Below, in pieces: positions 1 through 10,571 of a stretch of DNA of 64,000 nucleotides. Positions within the stretch are counted from its first letter, which is position 1, and each line of letters starts with the position of its first letter. This stretch comes from an uncultured delta proteobacterium (lineage in GTDB: Bacteria > Desulfobacterota > Binatia > UBA9968), in contig CAWFJP010000029.1 of the NCBI GenBank assembly GCA_963816145.1, positions 192,001 through 256,000 on the forward strand, written 5' to 3'. The translations under genes were made by a program, and so were the position numbers. The notes under the pieces are model-generated. The model saw nothing but the letters and a program-made list of their open reading frames with translations. It had not been told where the DNA came from and did not search any database.

Positions 1-1210
1 CGTCGAGGCGATGCTCGGCCATCAACTGCAAATAGTTTGTCATGAGCTCTTCGCGCGCTTTCAAGTACTCGTAGTTCGCGTCGTTGGACGGCGTGCGCGA
101 CCAGCGTTCGCGCGAGCCTTTGACGACTTTCTGAAAGTCCGGCGACTGCATCGCTTCCCGGCGCGACGCGTAGGGCGGTTTGCCGCTGCGGCCGAAGTAT
201 TCTCTAAAAGATTCTTCATCGTCCGCGAAGCTGCCGGCGCGTTTGGCTAAGAGCACTTTTAGATTCGGAATGACGACCGGGTCCACGACTACCGCGCCCG
301 CGGTTTTGAGATCGCCGACGGCTTTGTCGAAGACCTCGGCGACCTTCGCGAAGTCCGCCGACTCCGGCTCGGAGTCATAGCCCATGGATTCGCGCAAAAT
401 GCCGATGCGCGCGCCTTTGAGGCCGTTGCGGTCGAGAAACTTGGTAAAGCTATCCGACGTCCGGCCGACGCCGCGAGCCGTGACCGGATCGTCGGGGTCG
501 TAGCCGACCATGTTGTCGAGCAGCTTGGCCAAGTCGGTCACCGTGCGCGCCATCGGTCCCAGTGAGCCGTTGACCGACGGCCAGCCGGCGTAGACGCCGC
601 CGCGGCTGACCATACCGGCCGTGGGGCGCATGCCGGAAACGCAGTTCCACGTCGATGGCCGGCGGATCGAAGCAAAACCTTCCTGGCCGACGGCGACCGT
701 GCAAAAGTTGGCCGAGACGCTGGCACCCGAGCCGCCCGAAGAACCGCCGGCGGTGCGTTCGAGATCGTAGGGATTTTTCGTCGAGCCGAATAACGAACCA
801 TGGGTATCGCCGCCGCCGAGTTCGCCGAGGGTCGCTTTGCCGAGAATGATCGCGCCGGCTCTTTTGAGTTTTTCGACTACGAAGGCATCACGGCCGGGAT
901 AGTAGTCTTTGAACAGCAACGAGCCCAGAGTGGTCGGCATCGGCGTCGCGTCGCCTTGATCCTTCATGATGATCGGTACGCCGTGCAGCGGTCCCACCGG
1001 ACCCGAAGACTTGTAGGCGGCATCGAGACGGTCGGCCTCTTTGAGCGCGTCGGGATTGAGTGTAATGATGGCATTGATCGCTGGACCGCTTTGGTCATAG
1101 GCCGCGATGCGATCGAGATACATTTGCACCAGGTGGCGGCAGGTCAGCTCGCCAGATTTATAGGCGGCGTGGACCTGCTCGATCGTCGTTTCGATAATGT
1201 TAAAAGCCAT
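1..1210 (-). CDS. Amidase signature family protein (3' end runs off the window)
   Basis: Manual minus-strand translation from ATG at 1210 (GAGGAG RBS): MAFNIIETTIEQVHAAY...GPLHGVPIIMKD...NPYDLERTAGGSSGGSGASV...GQEGFASIRRP. GGSSGG amidase signature; not in the ORF track, consistent with no stop inside the window. Confidence 0.9.
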   Translation of the reverse strand, partial: MAFNIIETTIEQVHAAYKSGELTCRHLVQMYLDRIAAYDQSGPAINAIITLNPDALKEADRLDAAYKSSGPVGPLHGVPIIMKDQGDATPMPTTLGSLLFKDYYPGRDAFVVEKLKRAGAIILGKATLGELGGGDTHGSLFGSTKNPYDLERTAGGSSGGSGASVSANFCTVAVGQEGFASIRRPSTWNCVSGMRPTAGMVSRGGVYAGWPSVNGSLGPMARTVTDLAKLLDNMVGYDPDDPVTARGVGRTSDSFTKFLDRNGLKGARIGILRESMGYDSEPESADFAKVAEVFDKAVGDLKTAGAVVVDPVVIPNLKVLLAKRAGSFADDEESFREYFGRSGKPPYASRREAMQSPDFQKVVKGSRERWSRTPSNDANYEYLKAREELMTNYLQLMAEHRLD

Positions 1211-1372
1211 CGGCAATCTCCTCGCGATCCTATCTGAATAGCGACTTCATATGCCAGTGGCGCATGAATGTCTAGTTTCCGTTTATCCTTGCAAGGAGGC
1301 CCGAGCGCTTTCGCGTTAGAAAATTCCCGTTGAAAATAAAATCGCCGGCGCGACTTGTAGTGGGTGCATCGA

Positions 1373-3262
1373 TTAGTGCGCTGAGCGCCGATTGGCGGAG
1401 GCAGGAGAGAGGCTCGTGACTTGCCTCGCCGCCTTCGCCGGCGGAGTTTGCGGTAGGCTGCGTGCCTGCAATTGGGCAAAGTGATAACGCAATAACGGAC
1501 CGGCTTCGTGGGCTGGCAAGCGGGATACTGCCTTGTAGAATTCATAGAGCACATGACAGGTCTGGCCAGCATCGCGGTTGGCTTGGCGCGTCTCGAAGAA
1601 CAGCACAGCATTGGCACCATAGCGTTTGCCGATGAGCGCCATAATCATGTCCCATCGCGCCTTGATAATTTGCCTCTCTGGTGGCTGATATTCTCGCGCT
1701 GCCGAACTCCTGAGCACCTCCGCCATCAGGCCGGTTTCTTTGGCGAGCATCTCTTCGGGAAAATACTTCGCCGTGTCGAGGGCTGCGCCGCTCAAGTCCA
1801 TGCCGAAGTAATGGGTGCAGATCTGGGCGCTTTCGGAGTAGAGCAGTGAAATCTGCTCTAGGATCATTTCCGCGTAGTCGAGCAAAAGCGTGTCTTCAGC
1901 GTGAGACAACCGCTCATAGGATACCGCCTTGGCCATCGGGTGGATGCGCAGCTGGAAATTCTCGGCGTTCCCCGAGGATTGTAACCCGGCATGGATCTCG
2001 CCGACGAGCTTTCGATAGCCGTCCGGTTCCTGTTCCTTGAGCAGTGTAAAAAACGGCGCGCGCTGCAGTTTGCGATCGAACGGGGCCAAGGAATCTTCGC
2101 CGTTGTGCCCGGCTTGGGGCTCCGCCGTCTCCAGCGATGGGCTAACGATATTGGCGGCGATAAGTTCGCTGAGGGACGGCTGCCAGCCTGCGGTGTCACG
2201 AGCGGTGAGCGCCTGGTCGGCAAAGACCGCCGGGACCCCGCGCGCCAGCCAATCGCGCCGGTCGCGCTCGTAGTCGCGCCAGAGTGCCCACTCCGGCATG
2301 CCGGGCTGGGTGCTGCGGTAGAATCGTAAAGTCGCCTGGTCGCCGATCCGCCGTGGCTCTCCGGCGACGAAGGCCAAAATGCATTCGCCATAACAGCCTT
2401 GTGAAGTCATGGTCGATAGTTTGCGCTCGGTGATCAGGTCGCGCAGCTGGCGCGCTTCGCGGGCGCTGCCGCCGTAGCTATTAAGTTGCAGCGATTGGAC
2501 CCGCGGATTGAGCGCCAATACTTGGGAAATTATTTTGCTGAGACCGACGCCGATGGCGCCGTCGATTGCCAACTCGGTGCCGCCGCGCATGAGCCTGAGC
2601 TCGTAGTGACCCGTCGGAACGATACCTCTGGCAATATTACTGAGTTCGATTAGCCGGGGTGTGCAAACCATGATCGCAAGATGAAGCCCGACGATGACCA
2701 TCATCAGCGATGCGGCGCGCGCGAGGCCGCACCAAAGTGCTGGGCCCCCTTGGACCGAATAACGGAGCGTCGCCCGCCAGACGGCGCGGAGAAATACCAA
2801 GGTGCCACCAAGATGCAGCGCGACCAGCGCGGTGAAAACGCCAACAACCGCAAAATTTGCGAATTCCTCCCAAGGCGGGCGGGACAAGCTGGCCGCGATG
2901 ACCGACTGGAATAGGGCGTAGCCCCAGAATGTCCGCGCCAGCGAACTGTCGCCGCGCCAAATTCTGCGCCAATTGCTTTTGGCGTGCCCATTGGAGTTTG
3001 TTCGTGCGAGAGTTTGAGCTGGGTTGGGAAGTGTCGCTGGCACTGCCGTTGCGTCTGGCAATTGCGCTGGTCCGACAGGTGTGCCGGAAGCGAGCGGCGG
3101 GCCCATCTGTGCCGCTGTTGAGTCCGGCACGATTGCCGCAGTTTCACCCCGTTGCCACAGCGTAAGTGTGGGCTGCCAGATCAGCCCTGGCAGAGCTTCA
3201 CCGCTTTCGTCGCCTGCGGCTACGCGGCTTGTGATATCCAGCTCGAAATTCGATACACTCAT
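1373..3262 (-). CDS. Hypothetical membrane protein with ClpP/crotonase-like extracytoplasmic domain (COG3904-like)
   Basis: 629-aa ORF with about 3-4 hydrophobic segments (WRGDSSLARTFWG...) followed by LQLNSYGGS...CYGECILAFVAG. Confidence 0.6.
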   Translation of the reverse strand: MSVSNFELDITSRVAAGDESGEALPGLIWQPTLTLWQRGETAAIVPDSTAAQMGPPLASGTPVGPAQLPDATAVPATLPNPAQTLARTNSNGHAKSNWRRIWRGDSSLARTFWGYALFQSVIAASLSRPPWEEFANFAVVGVFTALVALHLGGTLVFLRAVWRATLRYSVQGGPALWCGLARAASLMMVIVGLHLAIMVCTPRLIELSNIARGIVPTGHYELRLMRGGTELAIDGAIGVGLSKIISQVLALNPRVQSLQLNSYGGSAREARQLRDLITERKLSTMTSQGCYGECILAFVAGEPRRIGDQATLRFYRSTQPGMPEWALWRDYERDRRDWLARGVPAVFADQALTARDTAGWQPSLSELIAANIVSPSLETAEPQAGHNGEDSLAPFDRKLQRAPFFTLLKEQEPDGYRKLVGEIHAGLQSSGNAENFQLRIHPMAKAVSYERLSHAEDTLLLDYAEMILEQISLLYSESAQICTHYFGMDLSGAALDTAKYFPEEMLAKETGLMAEVLRSSAAREYQPPERQIIKARWDMIMALIGKRYGANAVLFFETRQANRDAGQTCHVLYEFYKAVSRLPAHEAGPLLRYHFAQLQARSLPQTPPAKAARQVTSLSPASANRRSAH

Positions 3263-3412
3263 GTTATCCGGCTAGCCGTCAGCTGGGCTGGTCGTCCCGA
3301 AACGGGATTATAGATCAAAATTAATCGGCCAGGGCAAGCCGGCGCCATTCTAGATAATTCCCGGCACGGCGGGCCAAGCATTTCCGGGCTTCGAGCGCCT
3401 GGCGAATGGCAG

Positions 3413-4060
3413 ATGAAAAAAAAGATATCAATTGAAAGGATTTCCGCGGAACTGGATACGGATCGGCCGATATGGGCCGCGGTAGGCGATCTCTGTTGCC
3501 GCACCGGCGATGGCGGTGATCCGATACCCAATGAGCGATGGGAGCTGTTCACGCGAATTTGGATCGAGCCTTACCGCGTGCTGATGCCGGAATGGAGCTA
3601 TGTCGCCTTGGCGGATCGGCGAGTGGTCGGCTACTTGAGCGGTTGCCCTGACACTGCGCGCTTTGCCCGAAGGTGTTTCGTGCGCTGTACTTTGCCGCTG
3701 TTGCGGCAGGTCGTTTGCGGCCGTTATCGCGGCGACGCTTACGGCAAGCGCTTCGCCCGCCAGGCTCTGCGGTTGGAAAACAGTCCGGAGCGGAGTTTTC
3801 CCAAGGCCATCAGGCGACGGCTACTACGGCAATTCCCGGCGCACCTGCATATGAACGTCGACGCCGAATTTCGCCGTGGCGGCGTCGGCAGGCGCTTAAT
3901 CGAACGGTTCATTCAAGATCTGCGGCAGCGGCGGGTCTCCGGCGTGCATCTCTTTTGCGGTGCGGCACCAGTACCGTTCTACACTTGCGTGGATTTTCAT
4001 GAGCTCGCGGTCATTTCTGTGCGCGGCAACCCGGTGTACGCGATGGTGCTGCGATTGTGA
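3413..4060 (+). CDS. GNAT family N-acetyltransferase
   Basis: PAHLHMNVDAEFRRGGVGRRLI acetyl-CoA motif A; C-terminal GVHL...FY. Confidence 0.85.
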   Translation: MKKKISIERISAELDTDRPIWAAVGDLCCRTGDGGDPIPNERWELFTRIWIEPYRVLMPEWSYVALADRRVVGYLSGCPDTARFARRCFVRCTLPLLRQVVCGRYRGDAYGKRFARQALRLENSPERSFPKAIRRRLLRQFPAHLHMNVDAEFRRGGVGRRLIERFIQDLRQRRVSGVHLFCGAAPVPFYTCVDFHELAVISVRGNPVYAMVLRL

Positions 4061-4153
4061 ATTATTTGCGACGGTGGCCGATTCGCTTGACGTGCCAGGG
4101 TCGCTTCAATACAGTTTATCGCCTGAGACTCCCGCTAGCATCGCTGCACAACC

Positions 4154-5545
4154 ATGGCTGAAGCCGACAAGAAACGATTTCGCCTTTCATTAAAGCTGAA
4201 GTTGAGTTTGCTGATCACTCTGCTGATTGTGCTGTCAGTGGTCTTGGTCGGCGATTATTTGCTAGACCAGGCTAAGAATAGCCTGCGCGGCGAGATTACC
4301 AAACGCGGCAATACCATCGCCCAGCAGTTCGCCGCCAGCGCTAAAAATCCTCTAGTCACCCGGGATGAGCTGACGCTCAGCCTGCTGGTCCGGGACGCGC
4401 TGAAAGACCCCGATGTCGCCTACGTGATCGTCGCCGACGAGGACGGCAAGATTGTCGCCCACGGCGATCTCAATGCCATCGGCAAAAAGTATCAGCGCTC
4501 CGCGTCATTGACGCCCCTCGCCAATACCGTCCTGGTGCAGAGTTACAATGATCAGGCCGGCGGTGAGATTATCGATTTTGCGGTGCCGCTGGAGTTTAGC
4601 AATGTGCGCGTCGGCGCGCTTTATCTGGGCTTTAGCGACCGCTCGATTCGCCAAACCATCGCCCGGGCGCGCGGCCAGACGATCTGGATAACCGGCTTAA
4701 TGATCATCGGTGGCATACTCGGCGCGGTCGGCCTGGCGATCGTATTGACTCGGCCGCTGCTTAAACTCGCCCAGGGAACCAAAGCTGTCGCTGCCGGCAA
4801 TTTTGATGTTGTGCTACCGATCTCGTCGCGCGATGAGATCGGTGATCTGACCGAGTCGTTCAATGAAATGGCCAAGAACTTGAAGGACAAGGAAAAGATC
4901 AAGCATGCCTTTAGCAGTTACGTGGCGCGCCAGGTGGTCGACGAGATTCTCAAGAACCCCGACGGTATCATGCTCACCGGCGAGCGCCGCGACGTGACGG
5001 TGATCTTTTGCGACCTGCGCGGCTTTACGCCTCTGGCGGAGAAATTACCGCCGGAGGAAGTCGTCGCCGCGCTCAATGAATTCTATAGCTTGATGATCGA
5101 TACGACGATCAAAAATGACGGCAGCATCAACAAATTTCTCGGCGACGCGGTGATGGCGATTTTCGGTGCGCCGGTGCACTATGCGGATCATTCACTGCGT
5201 GCCATCAAAACCGCGGTGGGCATGCAAGCTCAGGTGGTGGAACTCAGCGCCCAACGGGTGAAGAGCGGTAAGGCGCCGATTGCCATCGGCATTGGCGTCA
5301 GCGCCGGCGTAGCGGTGGCCGGTACCGTTGGTACGGAAAGCCAGATGGAGTACACCGTCATCGGCGATCGGGTCAATTTAGCCGCACGGCTTGAGTCCAA
5401 CGCCAAGCCGGGACAAATTCTTATCAGTCAAGAAACCTACGATCATGTCGCGGACCATGTAAAAGCGCGCTGCCTCGGCCTCATGAGCGTCAAAGGCAAG
5501 GAAGAAGAAGTCACGGTGTTTGAAATCCTCGGCATGGCGGATTAG
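4154..5545 (+). CDS. Membrane-bound class III adenylate cyclase with extracytoplasmic sensor and HAMP domain
   Basis: Two TM helices, HAMP (DEIGDLTESFNEM), cyclase motifs FCDLRGFT, KFLGDAVMA, EYTVIGDRVNLAARLE (Lys/Thr pattern typical of ATP-specific enzymes). Confidence 0.93.
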   Translation: MAEADKKRFRLSLKLKLSLLITLLIVLSVVLVGDYLLDQAKNSLRGEITKRGNTIAQQFAASAKNPLVTRDELTLSLLVRDALKDPDVAYVIVADEDGKIVAHGDLNAIGKKYQRSASLTPLANTVLVQSYNDQAGGEIIDFAVPLEFSNVRVGALYLGFSDRSIRQTIARARGQTIWITGLMIIGGILGAVGLAIVLTRPLLKLAQGTKAVAAGNFDVVLPISSRDEIGDLTESFNEMAKNLKDKEKIKHAFSSYVARQVVDEILKNPDGIMLTGERRDVTVIFCDLRGFTPLAEKLPPEEVVAALNEFYSLMIDTTIKNDGSINKFLGDAVMAIFGAPVHYADHSLRAIKTAVGMQAQVVELSAQRVKSGKAPIAIGIGVSAGVAVAGTVGTESQMEYTVIGDRVNLAARLESNAKPGQILISQETYDHVADHVKARCLGLMSVKGKEEEVTVFEILGMAD

Positions 5546-5591
5546 AGAATTGACAGAGCGCGATAGAGGCAGAGAATCGAGACCGATATTT

Positions 5592-6593
5592 ATGAGATGG
5601 ATCGGAATATTGTTCTGTTTGGCGCTGGCCGGCTGTAGCGCAACCACGTCAACTTCGTCATCGCCGGTCCAAGCGGATCGGGTGGCCGGGGAGTTTTTCG
5701 AGTCCGAGGACTATTTTGTCGTCGTCGCCAGGAGCGGCGACACGACGCAGAGCCTCGCCGCCAAGTATCTTGGCGATGCCAATCGAGACTGGATGATCGA
5801 AGATTATAACGGCACGGCGACGTTAACACCCGGGCAGGCGGTGGCGATCCCCAAACGGCCGTGGAATCTTTCCGGCGTGACTTCGACGGGATACCAGCTC
5901 GTGCCGATCCTGACCTACCACGATCTTGCGCCCGCGGCGAAAGGACGCATGGTGATGGGCGCCAAAGGTTTTGAGGAGCAGATGCGCTATTTGAAGGCGA
6001 ATGGTTATCGCGTCATCACGTTGAAAGAGTACGTCGAGTTCGCCTCTTTGCAGCGTCAATTGCCTCAGAAGAGCGTGTTGATCACCTTCGACGACGGCTA
6101 CCGGTCATTTTTGCGCTATGGCTATCCGGTGCTCAAAGAGCTGGGATTCTCGGCGACGCTGTTTATTTACACCGACTATGTCGCCGCCGGCGGTAACGCG
6201 TTTACCTGGCCTGAGCTGAAAAAATTATCCGACGAGGGCTTTTTCATCCAGGCGCATTCCAAGAGCCATGGCGACATGGTGCGCGCAAGGGGCGAGGGAG
6301 CGGCTGAATATGACAGACGCTTGGAAGCCGAACTAGTCCAGCCTAGGACGCTGTTCCAAAAATATTTGGGCTACGCTCCGGACGTCGTCGCCTATCCGTA
6401 CGGTCGCCAAGACGACGCGGTGGTGCGGCGGACTAAAGAGCGCGGTTACGTGGCGGCTTTTACCGTGCGGCGCCAGGGTAGTCAGTCATTTGTCGATCCC
6501 TATCGCATTCATCGGATACAAATCTATCCGGAGATGAGCATGGCGGATTTTGCCAAGAGTCTTAGTGTATTTAGCCAGGAAATCATAAAGTGA
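5592..6593 (+). CDS. Lipoprotein polysaccharide deacetylase (CE4/NodB) with LysM-like N-terminal domain
   Basis: Lipobox LAGC after ATG 5592; GDTTQSLAAKYLG LysM-like; TFDDG, HSKSH and AYPYG CE4 motifs. Confidence 0.88.
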   Translation: MRWIGILFCLALAGCSATTSTSSSPVQADRVAGEFFESEDYFVVVARSGDTTQSLAAKYLGDANRDWMIEDYNGTATLTPGQAVAIPKRPWNLSGVTSTGYQLVPILTYHDLAPAAKGRMVMGAKGFEEQMRYLKANGYRVITLKEYVEFASLQRQLPQKSVLITFDDGYRSFLRYGYPVLKELGFSATLFIYTDYVAAGGNAFTWPELKKLSDEGFFIQAHSKSHGDMVRARGEGAAEYDRRLEAELVQPRTLFQKYLGYAPDVVAYPYGRQDDAVVRRTKERGYVAAFTVRRQGSQSFVDPYRIHRIQIYPEMSMADFAKSLSVFSQEIIK

Positions 6594-7726
6594 AAAGTCT
6601 TAGACAAACAAATATAATATTGCTGCTGGCTGCCATCTCGCTGCTCGCTGGCTGCGCCGCTGGGCCGGGCGGAAGCGGGCCTAGCGGGCCGTCGCCTCAT
6701 GAAGCATTGATCGCCGCGCAGCGACAGAAGGCCGCAGCATTGGCAGCTCAGGGAAACCTGCGCGCCGCCGCCGACGCCTGGAAAGTTGCGCTGACCATCG
6801 ATCCGCGGGATCCGGTTGCGCTCGAGGAGATCAAGAAGCTCGACGAGCAAATTAAGCAAGCGGTTGCCGATCGTTTGGCCCGGGGCAAAGATGCGCTCAA
6901 GCGTAACGTCCATCTCGAAGCGCGCAATCATTTTCTCGCCGTCCTCGCTTTGGACCCCGGCAATCGCGAAGCCTTCGAAGCATTACAGACCCAAGTGCGC
7001 GAAGTGCGCCAAGTCAATCACACCGTGCGCGCCGGCGAATCGTTGACATCGATCGCGCAGTTTTACTACGGCGATCGCACGCGCTCCGAAGTCATTTGGG
7101 AGACCAATCAATTGCCGCCCAATCCGAAATTGACCCCCGGCCTGGTGTTAAAAATTCCCGAGATTCCCGGCTTGCCGCTGGGCCGACCCGAGCCGGCCGC
7201 GACAGCGAAAACTCCGCCGAGCGGAAGCGCGCCTGCGACAGCTGGCAAAACCGAAGCGGCGGAAGACGAAGATTACGCCAACCCGGCGCTTGCGGCGGCA
7301 CGGGAAGCCCTCGATCGGGGCGAATTCGCCTTGGCTCTGTCCACCGTGGACCGATTTATCGGTCAAAACCCGCGTAACAGCGAAGCGTCGGATCTGCGCC
7401 ACACGGTGTTGTTGCAGCAAGGCCGCACGCTGATGGAACAAAATAAATTGGTGGACGCTTACAGCGCGGCGAACCAACTTGTTAAGTCCTACCCCAAAGA
7501 CTCGGCGGCGACGTCGCTTTTAACCCAGGTGCGCGGACGCTTGGTGCAGCAGCACTACAATCAGGGCATGCAACTCTTCCGCGACGAAAAACTTCCCGCC
7601 GCCATCTCCGAATGGCGCACGGTTTTGCAATACGACCCCGCCCACGACGGCGCCAAGAGAAACATCGATCAAGCGCAACGGTTGCTCAAAGGATTGCAGG
7701 AACGGCAGCAGAAGCAGGGGAAGTAA
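6590..7726 (+). CDS. LysM and TPR-repeat lipoprotein
   Basis: Lipobox LLAGC; HTVRAGESLTSIAQFYYG LysM; TPR-like helices (ALTIDP, LALDPGN, LQYDPAH); 4-nt overlap with upstream gene. Confidence 0.85.
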   Translation: MKSLRQTNIILLLAAISLLAGCAAGPGGSGPSGPSPHEALIAAQRQKAAALAAQGNLRAAADAWKVALTIDPRDPVALEEIKKLDEQIKQAVADRLARGKDALKRNVHLEARNHFLAVLALDPGNREAFEALQTQVREVRQVNHTVRAGESLTSIAQFYYGDRTRSEVIWETNQLPPNPKLTPGLVLKIPEIPGLPLGRPEPAATAKTPPSGSAPATAGKTEAAEDEDYANPALAAAREALDRGEFALALSTVDRFIGQNPRNSEASDLRHTVLLQQGRTLMEQNKLVDAYSAANQLVKSYPKDSAATSLLTQVRGRLVQQHYNQGMQLFRDEKLPAAISEWRTVLQYDPAHDGAKRNIDQAQRLLKGLQERQQKQGK

Positions 7727-7952
7727 GGCGGAGAAATCGCGTCGCCCACTTATGAATCAAGGAGATTTCAATTGATTTTCCCCGCGACGAATCATGTCGA
7801 ATCTTTACTACTGTAACGCATAAACACGCGAAGCGGTTTTACATGAATCGAGTAGGCGTCTAAATTGTTTCTGCTCTGAACGTATCGGGTATGCTAAGAT
7901 CTCGGTACGGGCTGTAGCCGCGTAAATATTGGAAGAAAGGATAACGGACGAG

Positions 7953-8237
7953 ATGAAAAAGCTTTTTGTGGTCGGATTATTATTTGTGACCGCCGGTTGC
8001 GCAACAGTGCATTCTCCGTATGACCTGCATACGTGGTGCCTGCAGATGGGAAGCACAAGGCTGACATCGATTGGCGCAAAAGCTCACGACCCGGCCAACT
8101 GCGATAAGGAATTAGAAGAAGACCTAGCAGACCGCACTCCCAAGTTTTTATACGTCCCAAGAGACGTAGCCATGTCTCCTGTTCTCGGCGCCAGAGGGCT
8201 GTGGGTCTTGCTCGGTATGACCGAACCACCGTTCTAG
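7953..8237 (+). CDS. Small hypothetical lipoprotein
   Basis: MKKLFVVGLLFVTAGC lipoprotein signal; two further Cys. Confidence 0.55.
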   Translation: MKKLFVVGLLFVTAGCATVHSPYDLHTWCLQMGSTRLTSIGAKAHDPANCDKELEEDLADRTPKFLYVPRDVAMSPVLGARGLWVLLGMTEPPF

Positions 8238-8398
8238 GTCGACCTCTGTAGTCCGGATGCCGACAATGAGTAATGCTATAGCGGGTCTGCTTGGCCGATA
8301 GCTGAACTTCGCATTAGGTTAAATTGATTTATCAGATCAATCTTAGGTGTCGGTCAATCCGACCGAAATGCCGCAGTCACAGCTTTTCAGTATTTCTG

Positions 8399-8574
8399 CT
8401 ACTACTAGACTGGGATCCCCGAGTCGCTTAATCCATCGCTATTTCCACCGCCATAACCCCCGTTCGATCTTGTTCCAGTCGTCCAGGCCGACGACTTTGT
8501 CGCGGTCTTTGAACGTTGTCAGATTGGCGTCGAGGGATTCCGTCGTGCCGTCGCGTTTGAGGGTGCGCAGCGCG
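8399..8574 (-). pseudogene. Decayed copy of the prpB 3' end plus downstream flank
   Basis: Aligns with about 13957-14132; translates ALRTLKRDGTTESLDANLTTFKDRDKVVGLDDWNKIER(frameshift)MAVEIAMD* versus prpB ALSTLKREGTTESIDATLTTFKDRDKVVGLDDWNKIEREFMAVEMVKD*. Confidence 0.92.
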
Positions 8575-8914
8575 CAAGGCGCCCATCTCTGTCTTGGGGG
8601 GTGCACCGGTATGGACCTAAACCGATTCTAACCAAGTTCCCGCTACCCAAGCGATATCGATGGGCTGGTACTCTGAAGCACCAATTCGGAATTGAGGCGA
8701 GATTTAATGCACAATCAAACGCGACTGGAAATTGCATCGAGCTCACCTGTTTATGTCTGCGACCGTAGGATGCATCGCGATTTCGACTAACAGCTCGCGC
8801 TGTCTGGAATAGGCCGTGGAATTCCTCCGCTACAGCGTTGACCCTCGAAGGTTGATAAAATAGAGTGATGTCCATTGAACGATTCGATCCAATATAGACT
8901 CTAAGGGAGTATCA

Positions 8915-9526
8915 ATGACAGTTCACAAAAAGTTGGGCATCCAGCCAACCTCACGATTGGCCGTTGCATTAATCGGTTCTCGGACATGGTTGAACGAATG
9001 GCCAACCGCTCAAGCAGGCCTTGTCGGAACTCTCATTTTTCTTCTTGCCGGCTGCTCGTCAGGCCCGACGACGATTCCTTTTCTGAACAATTCCCATCGG
9101 CAGATTTACAGCCTCAACGAAGAAGACCTAAAAAAAATCCAATTCTATGTATCGACGGACATTGTGGCTCAAATTCAAGACCCTATGGCAGCACAGTCCT
9201 TCGAGGTACCGAGGTTGACGTCTGGTGTTGTAACGGCTGCAGGCCCGAATTGGATTAAAGTGAGTTTTAGGAAGGGTGGTGCTGACGTTCCCTTTGTCGC
9301 GGACCCAAACGTGAAAGACAGCCGGTATTGGATTGCCAGCGAGGTCGATGGAGGCAGGGATTTCAAGAGAGTTACAGAGGTTCCTGGAATGGTTTTTATC
9401 TACAAGGGCACTCCGCTTACACTGGTTTCCGGCGCCGATGCCTTGCTGCTCATTGACTGGGAGAGCTGGAAAGAAGTCGTCGAAACACGCAAAGTGACTG
9501 AGGGTCGACGAGTGGGTGACAAGTAG
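8915..9526 (+). CDS. Hypothetical lipoprotein
   Basis: 203-aa ORF with AGGGAG RBS; hydrophobic stretch ending in LLAGC (true start may be downstream). Confidence 0.65.
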   Translation: MTVHKKLGIQPTSRLAVALIGSRTWLNEWPTAQAGLVGTLIFLLAGCSSGPTTIPFLNNSHRQIYSLNEEDLKKIQFYVSTDIVAQIQDPMAAQSFEVPRLTSGVVTAAGPNWIKVSFRKGGADVPFVADPNVKDSRYWIASEVDGGRDFKRVTEVPGMVFIYKGTPLTLVSGADALLLIDWESWKEVVETRKVTEGRRVGDK

Positions 9527-9667
9527 TTCTCTATTTCATTTTTTTGTATCAACTACCGCGCAAAATTCCGCAGAAACATTCGAGTTTCGAGGTGTACCCT
9601 CTCGTTGTAATCGCTGTATTTTGATGGTTTGGCCGCAGAACAACCGTGGCCGGTGTTGCCTTGCCTT

Positions 9668-10150
9668 AACGAAGATCCGAAAGAGGAGCGATACGCTAAC
9701 CCGGCGTTGGCCGCGGCGCGCGAGCGCTCGAACGGGGCGAATTCGCTTTGGCGCTATCGACCGTCGATCGATTTCTCGGTCAAAACCCGCGTAACAGCGA
9801 AGCGTCGAATTTGCGCCGCACGGTATATTTGCCGCAAGACCGCACCCTGATGGAGCAGAATAAACTGCTGGATGCCGACAATGCAACTAACCAACTTGTT
9901 AAATCTAACCCCAGAGACTCGGCAGCGACGTCGTTGTTAATCCAGGTGCGCGGTCGCCTCGTGTAGCGGCACTACAATCAGGGCATGCAACTCTTCCGCG
10001 ACGAAAAACTCCCCGCCGCTATCTCCGAGCGGCGCACCGTCTTGCAATATGAACCCTCTCACGACGGGGCCAAACGAAACATCGAACAAGCTCAATGGTG
10101 GCTCAAAGGTATCCAGGAGCCGCGGCAAAAGCAGGGCATGTAGGGCGGAG
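9668..10150 (+). pseudogene. Decayed copy of the 3' part (about 150 codons) of the LysM/TPR lipoprotein gene
   Basis: Colinear with about 7250-7733, including the stop codon and following GGCGGAG; frameshift near 9723 and CAG>TAG at 9964-9966; many third-position differences. Confidence 0.93.
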
Positions 10151-10571
10151 GCGGCTTGTGGCCTGGTTGTTAGTCCAGGAAATTTGGAGCGATTGGCGCG
10201 AGCCGATTTATCTTGGCTGTTGACGCATGTACTCCGGCGAAAACATGCGAGCCAAATTTTATTGACGCGCTTTACAGGCCACTCCTTAGGCGATGTTGAG
10301 CATTCGCACATCGCAACTTGTGAAGGGAATCGTTACTCTAGAGCCGTCTAACCACCGATCGTTCGTTCCCTTGTTATCATCGAAATCCGAATTCTACCAA
10401 ATCATCGGCATCAATTGCCAAGTCCCATTTCTTACCGAAATTGTCTTTAAGTTCCGTCAAGTTAACAGAACACAAACTTCGTGATTACCAGCCTTGTCCT
10501 CAACTTGACACAAGCCTGTTAGCGCGATTATGACATGGCTGGACGAAAGGGAGCGACTTAAATTCCCGTGA

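Noticed and set aside
7250-10150. TPR gene tail and its copy as a DGR variable/template repeat pair
   Set aside because: Differences are not adenine-specific, include indels and many synonymous changes, and no reverse transcriptase is present in the window.
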